Shown one piece after another: positions 24,341 to 25,552 of a stretch of 25,552 nucleotides of DNA. Source of the stretch: a virus (lineage: Duplodnaviria > Heunggongvirae > Uroviricota > Caudoviricetes). The stretch is taken from the IMG/VR virus record IMGVR_UViG_2706794697_000002. The stretch is one strand, 5' to 3'. Below the pieces are notes generated by a model. That model was not told the origin of the DNA, searched no databases, and saw only the letters and a program-made list of their open reading frames with translations. Both the position numbers and the translations under genes were made by a program. Each line of letters begins with the position of its first letter. Position 1 is the stretch's first letter.

Positions 24341-24352
24341 CGCCTTCCGCCC
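24341..24352 (-). other. cosN-equivalent 12-mer (GGGCGGAAGGCG on the minus strand), at the position of the lambda cohesive end
   Basis: Flanked on one side by the lambda left-end-like sequence and on the other by lambda right-end-like sequence (...CCGACAGGTTACG). The 12-mer differs from canonical GGGCGGCGACCT at 5 positions. Confidence 0.7.
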
Positions 24353-24551
24353 CGTAACCTGTCGGATCGCCGGAAAGGACCCGCAAAATGATAATAATTA
24401 TCATCTACATGTCACAACGTGCATCTACGCCATCAAACCACGTCAAATAATCAATTATGACGCAGGTATCGTATTAATTGATCTGCATCAACTTAACGTA
24501 AAAACAACTTCAGACAATACAAATCAGCGACACTGAATACAGGGCAACCTC

Positions 24552-24785
24552 ATGTCAACGAAGAACAGAACCCGCAGAACAACAACCCGCAACATCCGCT
24601 TTCCTAACCAAATGATTGAACAAATTAACATCGCTCTTGTTCAAAAAGGGTCCGGGAATTTCTCAGCCTGGGTCATTGAAGCCTGCCGCCGGAGACTGTG
24701 CTCAGAAAAAAGAGTTTCGCCTGAAGCAAACAAAGAAAAGAGTGACATTACTGAATTGCTCAGAAAACAGGTTAGACCAGATTGA
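24552..24785 (+). CDS. Small basic ribbon-helix-helix-like protein (77 aa), antisense to the late operon and adjacent to cos
   Basis: MSTKNRTRRTTTRNIRFPNQMIEQINIALVQKGSGNFSAWVIEACRRRL... shows a beta-strand, helix, G-x-S turn, helix pattern typical of Arc/CopG-type folds. From memory, an almost identical ORF lies on the complementary strand at the right end of lambda; this is unverified. Confidence 0.6.
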   Translation: MSTKNRTRRTTTRNIRFPNQMIEQINIALVQKGSGNFSAWVIEACRRRLCSEKRVSPEANKEKSDITELLRKQVRPD

Positions 24786-24842
24786 AGCAATTTAGATAAT
24801 CGTGCAGACTACGCCCCCTCATATCACATGGAAGGTACTACA

Positions 24843-25253
24843 ATGGCTCAGGTTGCCATTTTTAAACAAATATTCGATAAAGTGCGAAATAATTTAAACT
24901 ATCACTGGTTTTATTCTGAACTAAAACGTCACAATGTCTCACATTACATTTACTATTTAGCCACAGAGAATATTCATCTTGTTCTTGAAAACGATAATAC
25001 GGTTTTAATAAAAGGACAGGGTAAGGTTGTAAATGTAAGATTTTCAAAAAATAAATGCCTTATAGAAGCCACCTTAAAAGGATTCAAATCAGGAGAGTTA
25101 TCATTTTACGAATACAGGAAAAATCTTGCTACAGCAGGGGTTTTCAGATGGATTACAAATATCCACGAAAACAAAAGGTATTACTATACCTTTGATAATT
25201 CATTACTCTTTACTGAGAACATACAGAACACTACACAAATATTTCCGCACTAA
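24843..25253 (+). CDS. AT-rich hypothetical accessory protein (136 aa from the second ATG); possibly YbcV-like / DUF1398, unverified
   Basis: A GGAAGG ribosome-binding site sits 7 nt upstream of the ATG at 24843. GC content is visibly much lower than in the flanking phage genes. The family guess rests only on length and locus (between the lysis region and cos in lambdoid prophages). Confidence 0.6.
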   Translation: MAQVAIFKQIFDKVRNNLNYHWFYSELKRHNVSHYIYYLATENIHLVLENDNTVLIKGQGKVVNVRFSKNKCLIEATLKGFKSGELSFYEYRKNLATAGVFRWITNIHENKRYYYTFDNSLLFTENIQNTTQIFPH

Positions 25254-25421
25254 ATCATAACGTCCGGTTTCTTCCGTGCCAGAACCGGACTCGCTGGCAT
25301 GATGAAATATGTGTACCCGGTAACCCCGGTGTGCATCGTTTTTGATTATTCCCGCACACTCGCGCAGAAGGAGTTCCCCGTCGGGCTACGGTCTCTGTTA
25401 ATACGGGAATACGGCGACGAT

Positions 25422-25552
25422 TGGATTTGCCCCTATATTTCCAGACATCTGTTATCACTTAACCCATTACAAGCCCGCTGCCGCAGATATTCCCGTGGCG
25501 AGCGATAACCCAGCGCACTATGCGGATGCCATTCGTTATAATGCTCGAACGC
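25422..25552 (-). mobile_element. insD: IS2 terminal segment (right inverted repeat plus the last 39 codons of transposase InsD); the element continues beyond the window end
   Basis: 25422..25464 reads TGGATTTGCCCCTATATTTCCAGACATCTGTTATCACTTAACC, the IS2 end as I recall it. The minus-strand frame 25433..25552 translates to ...[39 protein letters not shown]-stop. Confidence 0.85.

Noticed and set aside
25263-25291. Inverted repeat GTCCGGTT ... AACCGGAC just downstream of the 136-aa ORF
   Set aside because: The loop is about 13 nt and no T-run follows, so it is not a convincing intrinsic terminator.
25255-25508. Track ORFs of 67 aa (minus) and 69 aa (plus) between the AT-rich ORF and the IS2 end
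   Set aside because: The plus ORF runs across the IS2 terminal repeat and the minus ORF is in the wrong frame for InsD; neither has coding signals. The real coding content here is the InsD C-terminus in another frame.

Overview
This window is the late (head and tail morphogenesis) arm of a lambda-like prophage, lying on the minus strand and essentially colinear with phage lambda: Nu1, A, W, B, C/Nu3, D, E, FI, FII, Z, U, V, G/G-T, H, M, L, K, I, J, lom, stf, tfa. Assignments rest on reading the supplied translations against lambda proteins and sequence recalled from memory; no search was run. The cos site sits at about 24.34 kb, followed on the plus strand by two small accessory ORFs. The module is bracketed by insertion sequences: an IS1 end at 1..83 and an IS2 end at 25422..25552. 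Three N-runs (3252..3520, 7485..7701, 9585..9864) interrupt stf, J and K, so those genes are incompletely resolved. lom is a pseudogene. I found no convincing novel multi-gene system (no CRISPR array, tRNA or rRNA). The points most worth a second look are a divergent cosN 12-mer, the cos-proximal antisense gene pair, and a short AT-rich non-coding island between IS1 and tfa.
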